A stretch of DNA of 64,000 nucleotides from Pseudomonadota bacterium (lineage in GTDB: Bacteria > Desulfobacterota > Binatia > Binatales > Binataceae): NCBI GenBank assembly GCA_021324885.1, contig JAJPIF010000019.1, positions 21,630 to 85,629 of the forward strand. Reading direction: 5' to 3'. Shown here one piece after another: positions 14,954 to 22,992 of the stretch. Position numbers and translations under genes: made by a program. How positions within the stretch are numbered: position 1 is the stretch's first letter; every line of letters starts with the position of its first letter. Below the pieces are notes generated by a model that was not told the DNA's origin, did not search any database, and was given only the letters and a program-made list of their open reading frames with translations.

Positions 14954-17355
14954 GCAACCCATCCATCGGCGGCGGCGACGCGGTCGATCTCGGCCTTTTC
15001 GCTGTCGCGGCCTGCATATCGCAGCGCGGCAAGAAAGCGATCCCCAACTTCCGCATCCGCCGGCGCGCCGGGCTTGACCGGCCGCATCGGGCCGCGGAAG
15101 ATGCCGCGCTGATGAACGCTGAGAAAGCTCGAGCCAGGGAACATGGCTGCAACACAATCGATCGTGGCGGCCAGGTCGCCAGGATTCCGGCCACCCTGTT
15201 CAAGGTGCAGTGCTGTTTGGGACTGCCGCTGGCCGGAATTAGGCCTTATTTTTACTGGGTTTTCTTGCGCTGCCGGGATTCCGGCCGATACCCCGTTGTC
15301 TGTATATGAGTGAACATACCGGCCGGAATCCGCTATCTCTGAAGCCCTTGGGGCAGAAGGACTTTTTGAATCGGATTCCGGCCGCCCTTGGGGCAGAAGG
15401 CCGGCCGGAATCGGGTCGTCGCTCCCCCTACTCTCGCAGCCATTTTCATTTCTGAAATAGTGTGCCGAGAGTATAGAATATATATAGTGCGGATCCGCTT
15501 TCGTTCCTTTCCCGCGCACAATCCAGTCACGGCCTATGCCGGCGTCGATAATCGCTCTTGCCCGGTTGCGCCCGACGCCGTTATTCACAAGGATTTCGAC
15601 TGCGGTAGTCCGCTTGGGAACCGGCAAAGCAGCCTTGAGCGCAGCGACAGCCTCTCGCTCTTTCTCCCGGCGCAACTCGATGGCAGTGCCCTTCGCCTGC
15701 TCGTGCTCCAGCTCTACATCTGCGGTCACGTCGGCTACGGTCCACTCGCCCTCGTCGGGCAAACGAACCTCAAGGATGAAGGGATCGGGCTCTTCAGCAA
15801 GGCGGAATTTTGAGGGCACGAACGCCAGCCGGTAGGACGGGCGGCGCTTACGCCGTTTTGAGCGGCTCGCCCATTCTGCTTCACCTGCCGGGGGCAGGCA
15901 ATCGATCCACGATTCCTTTTTCGCGTCGAGCGGAAGGTCGGTCGCGTCCCGGACCTCATACACGATATCGACGCGATCCCCGATGACTCCGGAGCCGCGG
16001 AGCACCTGGCCGTCTTTGCGCGTGTTCGCTAAGGCGAGAATGCCCGGACCCTTGCGCCCGGTGTCGAGTAGGCTGGCGATCGCCTTTCCGTTGTCGCCGC
16101 CTTCGCCGTCCTTGACCGTCTCCATGGCTGACGAGAGCGAGTCCAGCGCCACCAGCTCGTACTTGCTGAATGGAAACGTCGCCCACGCCTTTGCATCGGT
16201 CAGTGGGGGCACCTCATCGCGCTTCATGACATCGAGATTAGTTAGGTCGCCCGCTCCCCATGCTTTGAGCCGGCGCTTTAGTTCGGCGGGCGGGTTGTCG
16301 CGATCGAGTAATAAGACCTTACCCGGCTCGAGCTTTTCGCCCAGAAAAAAACCGCCGGTCGCCTTCGCTACGACGAGAGCAAGCAGGAAATGGGTTTTAC
16401 ACAGGCCGCGCGGACTGACTATTACTGTGACGGCCTGGCGCACGATCAGATTACGGACTATCCAGTCAGCTTCCTGCGATTCAGCGGCGATGAAGTCTTT
16501 GGCGGTGCGGGCTTTCGACCAGACGTCGCCAGCGCTCTGGGTCTTACGCTCTTCGGGCTCGGGATAGACTGTGTAAGCGCGATCGACTTTATCGGCTGCC
16601 TTATCGGCGGGGAAAGCGGGCTTACATTTAGCGGCCGCCTCCAGTACCAGCTTGCGCGCCATATCCACTGGAATACCGGCGCCGCGGAGTTTGCACGCGA
16701 ATTTGAAAAGCTGCTCGTCTCGCTGGCCCTCCGGGACGCCCGCCAGCACGGCGGCACTGTCGATCGAACCGCCAGCACCCGTTGTCGCGTTGCGGGAATT
16801 CTGTAGCAGGGCCACGAGGCTCGCGGGGAGTGGCGCGACCTCGATCTCGGCTGGGCTGTAGCCCACCTCGAAGCGGTATTCACCGAGGAGGTGATTCGAC
16901 GGAGGTGCCAGGACATAACCGCCGAGCGACTTGATATCGACGCCCGGTCCCAGCTTGTTATTACCGCTCGAAATTTCGCCCGGGCTTCGAAACCAAACAT
17001 GCAGTCCGCCGCTCGGCGTGAGTGTGCGGACGGTGTCAGGAAGAGGATGGGGCAAACTGGCTACCAGCGCCGCCCATGTTTCATCGCCTCCATGCCGCGG
17101 GTCGATATCGACAACAGCTAGTCCGGAGGGTCCGCAGGATATTGCGATGTTTGCCGGCTCGCGCCACCAGCCCTCGATCTGTGCGCGATTGATCGTCGCC
17201 TCGAGGTGGCCATTGCGCGGGATGGGATGCTTGCCGGGCGAGCCGCAGTCGGACTTGCGGCAGGTGCACTTGCCGTCGTCGATCCAGTGGGTGGGAAAAA
17301 CGTGAAAACCGTGCTCGGCGTACCAGAGGGCCGCCGCTTTTTGCTTCGGGCTCAT
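14950..17355 (-). CDS. Bifunctional primase-polymerase (Prim-Pol) / helicase-type replicase
   Basis: 801 aa. N-terminus AALWYAEHGFHVFP...NIAISCGPSGLAVVDIDPRHGG...GGLHVWF...GYVLAPPS is Prim-Pol-like. The central region has a RepA/AAA-like P-loop (IVSPRGLCKTHFLLALV...LLLDRDN). Confidence 0.85.
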   Translation of the reverse strand: MSPKQKAAALWYAEHGFHVFPTHWIDDGKCTCRKSDCGSPGKHPIPRNGHLEATINRAQIEGWWREPANIAISCGPSGLAVVDIDPRHGGDETWAALVASLPHPLPDTVRTLTPSGGLHVWFRSPGEISSGNNKLGPGVDIKSLGGYVLAPPSNHLLGEYRFEVGYSPAEIEVAPLPASLVALLQNSRNATTGAGGSIDSAAVLAGVPEGQRDEQLFKFACKLRGAGIPVDMARKLVLEAAAKCKPAFPADKAADKVDRAYTVYPEPEERKTQSAGDVWSKARTAKDFIAAESQEADWIVRNLIVRQAVTVIVSPRGLCKTHFLLALVVAKATGGFFLGEKLEPGKVLLLDRDNPPAELKRRLKAWGAGDLTNLDVMKRDEVPPLTDAKAWATFPFSKYELVALDSLSSAMETVKDGEGGDNGKAIASLLDTGRKGPGILALANTRKDGQVLRGSGVIGDRVDIVYEVRDATDLPLDAKKESWIDCLPPAGEAEWASRSKRRKRRPSYRLAFVPSKFRLAEEPDPFILEVRLPDEGEWTVADVTADVELEHEQAKGTAIELRREKEREAVAALKAALPVPKRTTAVEILVNNGVGRNRARAIIDAGIGRDWIVRGKGTKADPHYIYSILSAHYFRNENGCESRGSDDPIPAGLLPQGRPESDSKSPSAPRASEIADSGRYVHSYTDNGVSAGIPAAQENPVKIRPNSGQRQSQTALHLEQGGRNPGDLAATIDCVAAMFPGSSFLSVHQRGIFRGPMRPVKPGAPADAEVGDRFLAALRYAGRDSEKAEIDRVAAADGWVA
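15184..15490. other. Candidate origin of replication (iterons plus AT-rich tract) embedded in the replicase gene
   Basis: Six copies of GGCCGGAAT/ATTCCGGCC in alternating orientation, at 15184, 15231, 15278, 15321, 15375 and 15403. Two copies of CCCTTGGGGCAGAAGG, at 15345 and 15385. AT-rich gagtatagaatatatatagtg at ~15459-15489. The repeats are read in different codon phases. Confidence 0.45.
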
Positions 17356-17666
17356 CGCGGCTCTCTTTGCAGATCAGACCTTGGAGCGTGATAAACCCAC
17401 AGACCGCATCGTGCGCAGAAGACGCTACTGTGGGGCCCGCGGCGCTCGATGCGCCCATTCAGTGAGCCGCAAGCGCTGACGCCGGAAAAGAGCGGAAGTT
17501 GACCGCCGCTCATTCGGCCGCCTCGCGCCCAGACTGTCTCAAGTCGGGCCAGGCGCCGCCGCAAGTCTCGAATCTCGCGAGCCAGCAGGGCAATACTTTG
17601 CCGATTTAATTCAATGCGTGTTTTCTGCTCGCGCCGCCGCCTCACCGCATCCACCGCGCGTTTCAT
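17352..17666 (-). CDS. Hypothetical protein
   Basis: 104 aa, basic coiled N-terminus. ATGA overlap with the replicase start. Confidence 0.5.
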   Translation of the reverse strand: MKRAVDAVRRRREQKTRIELNRQSIALLAREIRDLRRRLARLETVWARGGRMSGGQLPLFSGVSACGSLNGRIERRGPHSSVFCARCGLWVYHAPRSDLQREPR

Positions 17667-17673
17667 CGGGCGC

Positions 17674-17874
17674 CTATTCCGCGCGCTGCTCCGCGGTCGC
17701 GAGTTGCTGTAAGCGTGTCAGTTCGGTCGCGGGTATGCGTATATTACCGCCGATTTTCACGGCTTTGATCTCGCCTTGGTTAATCAGGAGGTAGACCGTA
17801 GAGCGCGAGGCATCGATCAGCTTGGCGAATCTTGCCGGCTTCAAAAGCGCCGGCGTGACATCCACTTCAGCCAT
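17674..17874 (-). CDS. Excisionase-family HTH DNA-binding protein
   Basis: 66 aa. FAKLIDASRSTVYLLINQGEIKAVKIGGNIRIP matches the MerR-like excisionase HTH pattern. Confidence 0.75.
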   Translation of the reverse strand: MAEVDVTPALLKPARFAKLIDASRSTVYLLINQGEIKAVKIGGNIRIPATELTRLQQLATAEQRAE

Positions 17875-17901
17875 TTTCCATCCATCCCTGTCCGACGTTT
17901 A

Positions 17902-17930
17902 TTGACAATCGCGTATCAGTCGGCTATTTA
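17902..17930 (+). promoter_or_regulatory. Candidate sigma70-like promoter for the zinc-ribbon/integrase operon
   Basis: TTGACA (17902-17907), 17 nt spacer, TATTTA (17925-17930), about 90 nt upstream of ATG 18021. Confidence 0.35.
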
Positions 17931-18020
17931 CATATGAACGTACCGGACGAGCGCGGACGCGGTCAAGGCAAATGAAGACGCTCAATTCAATATGGACGTA
18001 ATTTAAATGGTAGGACGGAA

Positions 18021-18704
18021 ATGACACGACCCAAGGACATTGAAGAGCAGGAAATTGGCTGGCGGGTCTTCGAACACGTCGCGGAAATGGGCCCGGAACA
18101 GCAGCTCGCGTGGCTGCTTGAATTCCTTCAGCTATCATCCGACAACCTTTGGGAGCGCTGGCCGGATTTGCGCATCGAAGCTGGCGCCTTCGCCTTTGGG
18201 CAGCCGCAGACCAGGCCGATCGATATCTCTCGCGATGATCTGATCGGTCTCGTGCGGCAGGTCAGCGAAGGCGTGCGGACGCTGGCCAGCGGCCGAGAAT
18301 GGCGGCTCGAAATTCCGGCGATCACCAAGGTTTATTTACCGCGTGTTGTCAAAGGGCGGCGCGGTAAACTGCAATTTTCAGGTTGGGACAGCCAACGCGC
18401 GGTATCGGATTTCCGAACTGCATTTCTGGCTTGGGTCGACGATCTGATTTCCGATCGAGTCGCGGGCGCACGGCTGCGCGCGTGCGCCAGACCGGGATGC
18501 GGCCGGCTCTTCGTCAAGAAGAAGCGCGGTATCTATTGTAGCCAACGGTGCAGCCAGGCCGAGCGCAACAAGCGCTATTACCGATCACTCGCGAAGAAAG
18601 ACCGCCAAGCTTCCCGTCACGATCGCTACGTCGCGGAAGTCAAACGGATCAGTCCGGCCGCCGCGAAACTCGTGCGCCGGCGTACCAAGGAGAACGTGGA
18701 ATGA
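18021..18704 (+). CDS. Protein with C-terminal CGNR/FCS-like zinc ribbon; putative element regulator
   Basis: 227 aa. C-terminus ACARPGCGRLFVKKKRGIYCSQRCSQAERNKRYY is a C-x4-C ... C-x3-C ribbon followed by a basic tail. The stop overlaps the integrase ATG (ATGA). Confidence 0.65.
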   Translation: MTRPKDIEEQEIGWRVFEHVAEMGPEQQLAWLLEFLQLSSDNLWERWPDLRIEAGAFAFGQPQTRPIDISRDDLIGLVRQVSEGVRTLASGREWRLEIPAITKVYLPRVVKGRRGKLQFSGWDSQRAVSDFRTAFLAWVDDLISDRVAGARLRACARPGCGRLFVKKKRGIYCSQRCSQAERNKRYYRSLAKKDRQASRHDRYVAEVKRISPAAAKLVRRRTKENVE

Positions 18705-19849
18705 AACAGAGCAAGCGCCGTGGGCGAGGCGAGGGTGCTATTTTCCGCCGAAAAGATGGGCGGTGGGCAGCCAGCGTCAATCTTGGCTGGAAAGCCGGAA
18801 AACGCTGGCGAAAAAGCTTCTACGGCGCCACTCGCAAAGAAGTGGCGGACGCGCTGGCGAAGGCATTGCGCGATCGCCAGCAAGGCCTGCCCCTCGCAAA
18901 TGAAAAGCAGACGGTTAGCGCATTTCTGGCACACTGGCTTGAACACACGGTTAAGCCGAGCGTGCGGCCCCGCACGCATCAAAGCTACGAACTCCTTGCC
19001 CGCCTCCACGTTCTGCCCGAGCTGGGTAATAAGCCGCTTGCTCAACTCGCGCCAGAGCATGTGGAGTCGCTGCTCGCGCGCAAGCTCGCCTCCGGGCTTG
19101 CGGCCCAGACGGTTCGGCACATCAGGACCGTCTTAAAAAAAGCTCTCGGACAAGCAGTGAAACGCGGCCATCTCGCCCGAAACGTCGCCGCCATGGTTGA
19201 TCCGCCGCGGCTACAGCGGCGCCAACAGGGTCAGGTACTGGATGCGGAACAGACACGCATGCTGCTGGCCGCTGCTGAATCAGGGCGCCTGTGGGCGCTT
19301 TTGGTCATTGCTGTTTCGCTCGGGCTTCGGCGTGGCGAAATACTCGGGCTGCGCTGGCTAGACCTCGACCTCGACAAGTCGCGGATCGCAATCGGTCAGG
19401 CGATTCAGCGCTACTCCGGTATTGGCCTCAAGGCGGCCGAGCCCAAGACAGGACGGTCACGCCGCGTCCTGAATCTACCGCAAGCCTGCGCCCGCGCCTT
19501 GCGCGCCTGGAGGGCCCGCCAGGCCGAAGAGCGTCTGGCCGCTGGGCCTGAATGGCGGGACAGCGGGCTCGTCTTTACGACGCCTTTCGGCACGCCGATC
19601 GATCCACGAAACCTGCACCGCCAATTTAAAGCCTTGCTCATGGCAGCCGGATTACCGCAAGCGGTCCGATTTCACGATCTCCGGCATGGGTGCGCTTCAT
19701 ACCTGCTCAGCCAAGGCGTGCCGCTCAAAACCATTTCCGATCTGCTCGGCCACAGTTCGATCACGGTAACCTCCGACATTTACGCGCACATCGCGCCGCA
19801 AATGCTTCAGGAAGCAGCCGCCAAAATGGATGCGCTCCTTGATGGCTAA
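18701..19849 (+). CDS. Tyrosine-type site-specific integrase
   Basis: Start MKQSKRRGRGEGAIFRRKDGRW. SAM-like N-domain. Catalytic region ...GLRRGEILGLRW... HDLRHGCASYLLSQGVPLKTISDLLGHSSITVTSDIYAHI. Confidence 0.9.
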   Translation: MKQSKRRGRGEGAIFRRKDGRWAASVNLGWKAGKRWRKSFYGATRKEVADALAKALRDRQQGLPLANEKQTVSAFLAHWLEHTVKPSVRPRTHQSYELLARLHVLPELGNKPLAQLAPEHVESLLARKLASGLAAQTVRHIRTVLKKALGQAVKRGHLARNVAAMVDPPRLQRRQQGQVLDAEQTRMLLAAAESGRLWALLVIAVSLGLRRGEILGLRWLDLDLDKSRIAIGQAIQRYSGIGLKAAEPKTGRSRRVLNLPQACARALRAWRARQAEERLAAGPEWRDSGLVFTTPFGTPIDPRNLHRQFKALLMAAGLPQAVRFHDLRHGCASYLLSQGVPLKTISDLLGHSSITVTSDIYAHIAPQMLQEAAAKMDALLDG

Positions 19850-19871
19850 GTGTCCGACATCGTCCAGCCGT

Positions 19872-19896
19872 TTGGCTGTCAGAATGGCTGTCAAAG
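19872..19896. repeat. 25 bp repeat, candidate integrase arm-type site (copy 2)
   Basis: Identical to 6982-7006. Lies between the integrase stop and the att core. Confidence 0.45.
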
Positions 19897-19940
19897 AGGT
19901 GTCGGCGGATGGCTTCAATTGGGAAAAGTGCTTGATTTCA

Positions 19941-19987
19941 TTCGCGCGCCCGGAGGGATTTGAACCCCCAACCCTCGGATCCGAAGT
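19941..19987. repeat. att site (tRNA-proximal copy)
   Basis: Identical to 6831-6877. Covers the 3' 43 nt of tRNA-Arg plus 4 nt. Confidence 0.85.
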
Positions 19988-20018
19988 CCGATGCTCTGTC
20001 CAGTTGAGCTACGGGCGC
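19945..20018 (-). tRNA. tRNA-Arg (anticodon TCG)
   Basis: Reverse complement GCGCCCGTAGCTCAACTGGACAGAGCATCGGACTTCGGATCCGAGGGTTGGGGGTTCAAATCCCTCCGGGCGCG folds as a cloverleaf. Acceptor GCGCCCG/CGGGCGC, anticodon stem TCGGA/TCCGA with loop CTTCGGA, T-arm GGGGG TTCAAAT CCCTC. Confidence 0.9.
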
Positions 20019-20266
20019 CCATCGGAAAAGTATCGGAATCAGCGCGAGGTTGGAAGCTGGCGCCACGTCCCACGCGCCGCCTTACGCGGCTGACTATGCG
20101 CCGGGACTGCTTAAACGCTTTGACCGTCGCCGCACAAATTCATCGCTCCGAGGCTTTGCCGGTCGGCCGAGGCGAATACCTCGTCAAACGCTTCGTTCAG
20201 CAATCAAACGTCCCGCGGGCCGGGCGCGCGCTCAGCGCGATCCAACTCTCTGGCCAGTCGCGCGAG

Positions 20267-20530
20267 TTATTTGGACTTGTGCGTATTCGCGAACTCAGCG
20301 GCAGCACGCATTTCCTTGATCGCGTCCCGCAGCAGTTGCTCGGCACGGTCGCGATGGCCGCCGAACTCGGCTTTAGTAGGGGCTTCCGCCGCGCCCAATT
20401 GATTGATGGCCTGGATTGTGAGCTCGCGCGCCTTCATCAAGCGCGGATGATTTTCAAACGGTCCTTGCGCCAATGCCACCGCGCCAAACGCCAGCAGACC
20501 GGCCGTCAAGACGATTAGGTATTTTTTCAC
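20267..20530 (-). CDS. Small secreted helical protein (hypothetical)
   Basis: GTG start gives (M)KKYLIVLTAGLLAFGAVALAQGP..., which looks like a signal peptide. 87 aa. Confidence 0.55.
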   Translation of the reverse strand: MKKYLIVLTAGLLAFGAVALAQGPFENHPRLMKARELTIQAINQLGAAEAPTKAEFGGHRDRAEQLLRDAIKEMRAAAEFANTHKSK

Positions 20531-20873
20531 GTTCCCACCACCTGTTTGGTTTAACCCCCTCCCCGCAACCGGTTCAGCCGCGGACTCGCAGGAGTTAATA
20601 TGCGAAATATACACAAAACGCAATATCTTGGCGAAGCTTTTGCGGCGATCAGTTAAGATTTGGCGATTTCGGTCGTCATAATAGACCTGAGCGTGCTAGT
20701 CGCTGATTTGGCCGGGATCAATCACGATATTGTCTCGCAAAGTCGGGAGCGGAGATAGTATTTTATCTGATTTGTCGGGCGGAGCGTGATGCTGCCGGCC
20801 TCTGGATCAATGAAAACAGACAGACTAAAAGATTAAACTGCTGGTTATAAAACGGATCGCCAACGGAGTTTTC

Positions 20874-22049
20874 ATGGACGCCAAAAGCGCCGCACGCGCG
20901 CGGCTTGAAGCCGTGCAGCCGGATCTGGTCGAACTGAGCCATCGTATTCACGCCCATCCGGAGGTCGGATGGCAGGAGGAGAAGGCGTCGGCGTGGGTGG
21001 CGGACGCGCTGGCCGAGGCGGGCCTGAGCGTGCAACGCGCAGTGTGCGATCTGCCCACCGCGCTGATCGCGCGGGCCGGCTCGGGTCCGTTGCACATCGC
21101 CTTCTGCGCGGAATACGACTGCTTGCCCGGCATCGGCCATGCCTGCGGACATAATATCATCGCTGCCATCGGCGTGGGCGCGGCGATTGCCGCCGCCGCG
21201 GTTGCCGACGAGGTCGGCCTTACCGTGACTCTGCTCGGCACGCCGGCCGAAGAGGTCGGTGATGCCGCCGGTAAGGTTGTGATGCTGGAGCGGGGCGCCT
21301 TTGACGGCGTGCACGCGGCCATGATGGTGCATCCGGGGCCAATCGACGTAGCGATGCCGCCGATGATCGCGGCGAGCGCTTTCGACGTCTCCTATACCGG
21401 CAAAGAAGCGCATGCCTCCGCCTTTCCCGAACTTGGCATCAACGCGGCCGACGCGCTGGTGGTCGCGCAGACGGCAATCGGACTGTTGCGCCAGCACATC
21501 CGTCATACCGACCGTATCCATGGAATCGTGACCAACGGCGGCGCCGCTCCCAACGTGATTCCCGCTCATACTTCGGCGCGCTACATCGTCCGATCCACGA
21601 AGGCTCAGCACCTGCAAAGCTTGCTGAAGCGGGTCCATTCATGCTTCGAGGCCGGCGCACTTGCCACCGGCTGCACGATCGAAATTGCCGGCGGCGTCAA
21701 AGGCTATGCCGAGATGGCGCATGACAGGGAACTGGCGGCGGCCTACCAGCGCAACGCCGAGGCGCTGGGCCGGCAGTTTCGCGCGCCCGCCGACGAGCGG
21801 TTGAGCGCGGTTTCCGCCGCCGGTTCGACCGACATGGGCAACGTCTCGCAGGTGTTGCCGGCGATCCATCCAATTATCGGCATCAACTCGCTTCCCGCCG
21901 TAAACCATCAGCCGGAGTTCGCGGCCCATTGCGCGACCGCAGAGGCCGACCGCGCGATCTTCGATGGCGCGCTGGCGATGGCGTGGACGGCGATCGACGC
22001 CGCCACGCAACCGGCCTTGCGCGAGCGTCTGCTTTCGGCAAAACGCTGA
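20874..22049 (+). CDS. M20-family amidohydrolase/peptidase
   Basis: LSHRIHAHPEVGWQEEKAS... and AEYDCLPGIGHACGHNII are M20D amidohydrolase signatures. Confidence 0.85.
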   Translation: MDAKSAARARLEAVQPDLVELSHRIHAHPEVGWQEEKASAWVADALAEAGLSVQRAVCDLPTALIARAGSGPLHIAFCAEYDCLPGIGHACGHNIIAAIGVGAAIAAAAVADEVGLTVTLLGTPAEEVGDAAGKVVMLERGAFDGVHAAMMVHPGPIDVAMPPMIAASAFDVSYTGKEAHASAFPELGINAADALVVAQTAIGLLRQHIRHTDRIHGIVTNGGAAPNVIPAHTSARYIVRSTKAQHLQSLLKRVHSCFEAGALATGCTIEIAGGVKGYAEMAHDRELAAAYQRNAEALGRQFRAPADERLSAVSAAGSTDMGNVSQVLPAIHPIIGINSLPAVNHQPEFAAHCATAEADRAIFDGALAMAWTAIDAATQPALRERLLSAKR

Positions 22050-22060
22050 GGCCCCGCGCC

Positions 22061-22774
22061 TCAGCGCACGGCCTTTCCAACCGTGACCCGCCGCCGCGCT
22101 GGTTTTTGCTTGCGCGCCAGCCACGGCGCCGCGGCCAGCCCGAACATGAATCCGCCGATGTGCGCCCACCAGGCGACGCCGCCCGCCATATTCGCAAACG
22201 CGTGGCTTTGCAGCGCCGACAGAAGCTGCCATCCGAACCATAACAGCAGGTAAACCACCGCCGGCACCTCGACCAGTTCGATGATGAAGAAAAACGGCAG
22301 CAGGGTCAGGATTCGCGCGCGCGGGTAGAGGATGAAGTAGGCGCCGAGCACCGCCGCGATGGCGCCGCTGGCTCCGATTACCGGCACGCGCGCCGTCGGA
22401 TCGATGAAAACCATGGCGAGGCCCGCGGCGACTCCTGCGGCCAGATAAAAGTAGAGATAATTGCGATGGCCCAGGCGCATCTCCACCGCCGGGCCGAAGA
22501 TGAAGAGAAAGAGCATGTTGCCCGCCAAATGAAGCACTCCGGCGTGAATGAACATCGCGGTCAGCAGCGTGAGCAGGGCTTGGAGCGCCGCCGGCGGTGA
22601 AGTTGACCCGATTGCCGCCACCCTGGCCGGAATCATTCCGTAGCGCGCAATCAGCGTGTCCGCCCCCGCTCCCAGCGAGGCTTCATAAATGAAGACGGCG
22701 ACGTTGGCCGCAATCAGCATCAGGTTGATCGGGCATAACCGGGGCGCACCCGCATTGTCTCGCAGCGGAATCAT
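22061..22774 (-). CDS. Rhomboid-family intramembrane serine protease
   Basis: Multi-TM protein with HAGVLHLAGNMLFL, GASGAIAAVLGAYF (catalytic Ser) and AHIGGFMFG (catalytic His). Confidence 0.85.
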   Translation of the reverse strand: MIPLRDNAGAPRLCPINLMLIAANVAVFIYEASLGAGADTLIARYGMIPARVAAIGSTSPPAALQALLTLLTAMFIHAGVLHLAGNMLFLFIFGPAVEMRLGHRNYLYFYLAAGVAAGLAMVFIDPTARVPVIGASGAIAAVLGAYFILYPRARILTLLPFFFIIELVEVPAVVYLLLWFGWQLLSALQSHAFANMAGGVAWWAHIGGFMFGLAAAPWLARKQKPARRRVTVGKAVR

Positions 22775-22992
22775 CGCGGGAAAAAGTTATCCATAGCAGG
22801 GTGCGGAAAACCGCGTGCGGTGGCAATGGCGCGGGGCGGCATCCTTGAACAGACCCCGCGGCGCGAATCTAATACCTTGAGCAGGAGGCGGACTTGTGCG
22901 AAAAGTTCTGAACCAGGGGATCGCTCAAGGGCGGTCCGCTTCCTCGAAAAGGCTTATCGAATTGGCAGGCTTGACCAGGGAGGAATCAACCA

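Larger units (their letters stand above)
6831..19987. mobile_element. Integrative phage-related element (satellite-like or defective prophage) inserted at tRNA-Arg
   Basis: A perfect 47 bp direct repeat sits at both ends. The integrase lies next to the intact tRNA. Excisionase, replicase and phage packaging/tail genes lie in between. Confidence 0.8.

Noticed and set aside
19991-20518. 175 aa plus-strand ORF beginning inside the tRNA gene.
   Set aside because: It overlaps the tRNA and the better-supported secreted-protein gene on the minus strand, and it is Arg-rich.
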